From Eledone cirrhosa (lineage: Eukaryota): a stretch of DNA of 64,000 bases. The stretch lies in assembly GCA_964016885.1 (NCBI GenBank), contig OZ024762.1:7192001-7256000 (forward strand), given 5' to 3'. Positions 58,872 through 64,000 of this stretch are shown in pieces (positions within the stretch are counted from its first letter, which is position 1; the number at the start of each line of letters is the position of its first letter). The notes beneath the pieces are model-generated. The model did no database searches. It was not told the DNA's origin and saw only the letters and a list, made by a program, of their open reading frames with translations. The position numbers and the translations under genes were made by a program.

Positions 58872-61230
58872 CAATCAGGGCCCACCCAGTGCCTGGTTCA
58901 TTAGCTACCCTCTCCATGATGTATCGCACGAGGTGGAGGTTGTTGAGGCTGGATCTCTTGGGAATGGCGCGTGTCTGTCCCTCTTCCACCAGACATCTGT
59001 GACAAGTGACAACTTTGTTGGTAATACCTTGACCAGAATGTCAGCATATATTCTTTTCAAGAGGGTCTCTCAATGGTCTCCAATTGCCGCAGGGAACGTT
59101 TTCTTTAAGGGTGTATATGTCTTTTGTGAAATTTTCATTATTTTTATGTACATGGGAGGTGCAATTTTTGGGGTTTGTATGTAATTTAGGAGTTTTTATG
59201 TTGTCTGCGTCTATAGCTGTGTATTGTGTCTGCTTCTGGGATGTTGGTGCTTTCTGTGTTTGCTGTGGCGTTGATGGAGGTGACGATGGGGTTGATGATA
59301 ATGATGGTGGTGGTGGTGGTGGTGGTGGTGGAGGTGATGGTTTTGCTGATGTGGGGGTGTGGCTGTTGATGATGATGGTGATGGGGCATTGATGTCTACA
59401 CTTATTTTGTTTTTTTTTCGTCCTCTTTTTTTTTTTTTTTTTTTTGCTCTGACAGTTTTCCGCCCTTCAGTGTCATCAAACACTTTGCCTATTGCGCGAT
59501 ATCAGGAAGGGGGATGCTTCCCACTAGTCTTGATGGCACTGTTGATGGTGGAGATGGTGTTTCTATTGTTGGTGTCGCTGGTGCTGGTAGTTTAGCCACC
59601 ACTGCAAACTCAGATGGCTTGGCCCCTCTAGTTGTGAGGCATGGGATAGGGGGAAGACGAGAGCACATGTCCACCTTGGTTAGTTTTGAGCAGAAGGCTG
59701 TTAGGTGTGTTTTATCTCTGCATCTGTGACACTTTGACCTTCTACCTTCGACAGTCACGGGTAGGTGGCTGCCGTTGTCCAGCTAGATCACTTTGGAAAT
59801 GGCCTCTATATTTTTTGTGGTTTTATTGGATGATCAGCTCCATCCCCAAGCCTGACCCATTCCCTTGTTTGATGCACATGACATCTAAGATAGTGGTCAT
59901 CCCTTTAACGTCAGCGAGGACAGGCGCCATCAACCAAGCGATTTCTACTGAGGATGGAACCTGGATCATTCGGACCCTCACAAAACTTTTTGACCGCATC
60001 GTTATTTCCTCACTATGGAGTAGTGTAATGGAGTGTGCTCTGGCTTCTTCAGGTGTAGTGAAGAGAACATCCACAATACCATATTTTGTCCTTCGAGCTA
60101 TGTAAGTTTTCTGTGCCCAGACAGCACCCAGAGTCCTTTGGACATGCAACTCAGTCGCCCATTCCACTTGGCGCAATTAATTGTACAGTATGAGACCATA
60201 CACAGGCATTGGTTTTTCAAGACATCGGAGGGATGGGCGAACCTGACGTTGTGTCCACTCTTCTTGACCAAGAGTTTGGCCTCCCTCATCTCACTGTCGC
60301 TGACAGTGGAGTTTTTTCTACATTTTTGGCAGCCCTTGTGAAGGATATTGTCGCTTGGACAGCTCTTGCCTGCTTTACAGGCTCATCTCTTCTGCTGTTT
60401 TTGTTGTTGTTGTTGTTGTTGCTGTTGGTAATGGTGGTGGCAGTAGCGGCAGTGGTGGTAGTGTCTGAACAGATGTTGTTTTCAGTCGGTGTGGTGGTGG
60501 TGGTGGTGCTGGTGGTGGTGGTAGTGGTAGTGTCTGAACAGATGTTGTTTTCAGTCGGTGTGGTGGTGGTGGTGGTAGTGGTAGTGTCTGAACAGATGTT
60601 GTTTTCAGTCGGTGTGGTGGTGGTGGTGGTAGTGGTAGTGTCTGAACAGATGTTGTTTTCAGTCGGTGTGGTGGTGGTGGTAGTGTCTGAACAGATGTTG
60701 TTTTCAGTCGGTGTGGTGGTGGTGGTAGTGTCTGAACAGATGTTGTTTTCAGTCGGTGTGATGGTGGTAGTGGTAGTGTCTGAACAGATGTTATTTTCAG
60801 TCGGTGTGGTGCTGGTGATGCTAGTGTCTGAACAGATGTTGTTTTCAGTCGGTGTGATGGTGGTAGTGGTAGTGTCTGAACAGATGTTGTTTTCAGTCGG
60901 TGTGGTGCTGGTGATGCTAGTGTCTGAACAGATGTTGTTTTCAGTCGGTGTGATGGTGGTAGTGGTAGTGTCTGAACAGATGTTGTTTTCAGTCGGTGTG
61001 ATGGTGGTAGTGGTAGTGTCTGAACAGATGTTGTTTTCAGTCGGTGTGATGGTGGTAGTGGTAGTGTCTGAGCAGATGTTGTTTTCAGTCGGTGTGGTGG
61101 TGGTGGTGGTAGTGGTAGTGTCTGAGCAGATGTTGTTTTCAGTCGGTGTGGTGGTGGTGGCGGTGCTGGTGGCATAATTTGCCTTCAGCTCAATGTCCAA
61201 CCTACTGAAAAGTCACACACTTTTCTCGTG
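58872..61230 (-). mobile_element. Tx1/L1-like retrotransposon relic: ORF1 with CCHC knuckle plus a small RT fragment
   Basis: CHRCRDKTHLTAFC (C-x2-C-x4-H-x4-C); EEGQTRAIPKRSSLNNLHLVRYIMERV resembles the L1/Tx1 RT Q...IPGRSI.DN motif; frameshifts and stops present. Confidence 0.7.
60440..61172. repeat. Minisatellite (45-69-bp units) inside the LINE ORF1 N-terminus
   Basis: gtgtctgaacagatgttgttttcagtcggtgtg plus a variable (GGT)n; ~14 copies encoding PTENNICSDTTT on the minus strand. Confidence 0.9.
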
Positions 61231-61738
61231 CGTCATTCTGCATAGCATATAATTACGGCCCTTTACGTTCTGAGTTCAAATTCTGCCGAGGTTAGCCTTG
61301 CCTTTCATCCTTACAGGGTCGATAAAATGAAGCACCAGTAATGCACTGGGGTCGATTTAATCGACTTTCCCCTCCCCTAAAATTGTTGGCCTTGGGCCTA
61401 TATAAGAAACCATTATTATTATTATTGGCAGTGTCGGTAGAGGGTCGGACAGCATGCTTTGTAGCATAGAGTTACGGTCCTTTACGATCTGAGTTCAAAT
61501 CCCACCGAGGTTAACTTTGCCTTTCATCCTTACGGGGTCGATAAAATAAAGTACCTGTAATGTACTGGGGTCAATTTAATCGACTCTCCCCCTCAAATTA
61601 TTGGCCTTGTGCCTATACTAGAAATTATCATTATTGGGACAATTGCTGGCCTTGTGCCAAAAGTAGAAACAATTATTATTATTATTAAAGTATCCTTAAT
61701 GTCTACTTTATGTAAACCCTTGTGGTTAATAAAGAAAG

Positions 61739-61773
<35 letters not shown>

Positions 61774-62255
61774 CATTGAAGAAGCAATTTGATTTAGTTT
61801 CATTATATTTCCTTCTTTTTTCCTTGTTTTCTTTTTTATTTTTTAATTATTGTTTTATTTATATATTTGTTGTATAATGACACTTTTCTCACAATTTTCC
61901 TTTTTTCCTCAAATAAGTTCCTCTGTTCTCAAACTTGTGATAGATATTAGTTCAATATCCATTGTATTACAGCTCCTTATAATACTTCAATATAGCTTTT
62001 ATGTCAGACTTAGATTAACCTCAGTTCAAACATCAAACATAATCCATTGAAAGAATAAATATAAACACTCTAACCCGTTTGTTACCATATTTAAGATGGA
62101 AGATTTTAGAGTGGAAAGTTTTAAAATAAATATAAAGACATTAAAACAAACGGTTTCTATTTTAGAATTTAGAGGGAATTAGTAAGGTCAGTACTATTAT
62201 TATTAAGTTATTGTTTAGGGTGGTGGGTTAGGCTTAGGATTAGTATTGGTGGAAC

Positions 62256-62610
62256 ATTGAGTCCAGAGAGAGAAATGTGGGAAATTTAAAGGAAGACTTG
62301 CTAATACATAGACTAAACCCAGAAATCAATAACAGACTGGAACTCAGGAAACAATACTTGACATAAAAGGACACACCCACACGGTCACACCCACGCAACC
62401 TAAACACAACAATATTGATATTACATACTGCAATTGACATCATCCTCCTGCTTCTCGTGAATACTACACCAAACATCAAACAATGCTTGAAAGCAGTTTA
62501 TAAATTTTAAATATAAATCTAATTTCAAAGTCAATAGACCGGAACATTTTTCTCTGAGAGTTCCTTATACTCCGATGAAAGGAATTTTAAGTCTCAAAAT
62601 ATTAGGACGA
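62256..62610 (+). mobile_element. Possible Penelope-like element 3' relic
   Basis: IESRERNVGNLKEDLLIHRLNPEINNRLELRKQYLT-stop resembles a GIY-YIG C-terminus (E.LLI..L.P..N); degenerate hammerhead-like motif near 62570. Confidence 0.4.
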
Positions 62611-64000
62611 AATCTACTGCCCTGGTGCCTAAATTAGAAATCAATATTTAGTTATGGCTTTCTCCCTACCTTCTGTGTTCAAATCCCATCAAAGTCAATT
62701 TTGTTTTTCATCCTTCTTGTTATATACTAGTAACACACTGAGGTTGCTGTAATTGTTTTTCCCCATTCCCCAAATTGCTGGCTTTATGTTAGAAAGACTT
62801 ATTAAGTTAGTGTTTGGAACTTAATAATGGTTCTCATAAAATTATGATGGAAGGTTTTTAGATAAATATAAAAACTTTAATGTTTTGTTACCATATTTCT
62901 AATGAAAGTCATTGCCAACTATTTCCTAATGATTTTGAAAATAATCAAGAATTTGGAGGGATTTAGTAATATAACTAACTTTCTCATTATTAAGTTGGTG
63001 TTTGGAACATAACATAAAAAAGGTTCTCACATAAAATTATGATGGAAGGTTTTTAGATAAATATAAACACTTTAAAGAAAACAGTTTTGTACCAGGGTCA
63101 GTTTCTGTTGATTTACTCTCAAAAGGGTAAAAAATATCTTTAAGTGTTTTTTTTTATAAAAAATTAACTTCGTTGCTAATAATTGATAATCTTAAACACT
63201 AACTTTATTAAAAGTTGCTTATTTTTCACGAATGTTATAGAAAAAAAAACCTACCGTGCTTACCATCCTAATATAAAACAAATCTTATATTTCTGATTAA
63301 ATATATTGTATTTGAATTAAATAATGAAGTACTTGGAGAGATTTACTAAAATTATTAATTACTTCTTTATTATGATGGTATTTGTAACACAACTTAACAT
63401 ATGGGTTTTGTATCAAATTATGTTGGAAGATTTTAATTTAAATAGAAACACTTTAACCCTTTTGTGACCATATTTTTAACCAATTACACATTATTTCAAT
63501 TAATTATTGAAGAATTTTGAGTAATTAACAGATCTTAATAAAATTTTCTTAAATCAAATTATGAGGAAGATTTAAATTTAAATAGGAATCCTTTAAAATG
63601 CAGGTGGGTTGTTTTGTAGAAGCCAGGTTGGTTTTGCGCCTTTTGGCATCAAGGAGTTAAAAGCCTGTTAAATGTTACAAGAGGAATGTACCCCACAAAA
63701 TACTTGGTTATGATTTTTCTTTACATTTTTCTTCAATTTTTGCCCAGTTTCTTTCAACTATTGACAACTTAGATATAAGAATTGTAGTTCAAATCAGAAA
63801 AGAATAAAAATAATATGAAAAAAAATAACATAAAAATATATATAAAATGCCAAACATTTCAAAAACATAAATATATGTAAATATAAAGAAAGCAGTTGGT
63901 TTAAGATGCATTAGGAAAAATTTGAAATGTGTATGCCCCAATGCAAATGACCTTAATAATAGTCAATCAATATAAATGACAGTTGAAAAAAAAAAAGTCC

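Overview
Eukaryotic, AT-rich, microsatellite-dense genomic DNA. The SINE, LINE and microsatellite repertoire looks like an octopod cephalopod (inference). The window is dominated by one + strand multi-exon gene, a ROS1/Sevenless-family receptor tyrosine kinase. I traced 28 GT-AG exons by hand (1150..53537, about 4983 nt, about 1660 codons) with consistent phases and no stops. They encode FN3 repeats, YWTD-like propeller segments, a transmembrane helix and a full kinase domain. The N-terminal exons lie upstream of the window and the last exon is not securely placed. The introns hold two tRNA-derived SINE families; RTE, R4/Dong, CRE-like and Tx1/L1-like LINE relics; Tc1/mariner-type MITEs; a non-autonomous Helitron; and many minisatellites. 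The most unusual signals cluster around the transmembrane exon. One is a minimal hammerhead-ribozyme motif locked inside a perfect 98-bp inverted repeat. Another is a 116-bp perfect palindrome with a diverged sister copy 11 kb upstream that shows compensatory base-pair changes. Further downstream is a twin-primed (5'-inverted) RTE insertion with a 13-bp TSD. Most long ORFs in the ORF track are simple-repeat artefacts. All coordinates and alignments were done by eye and no database searches were run.
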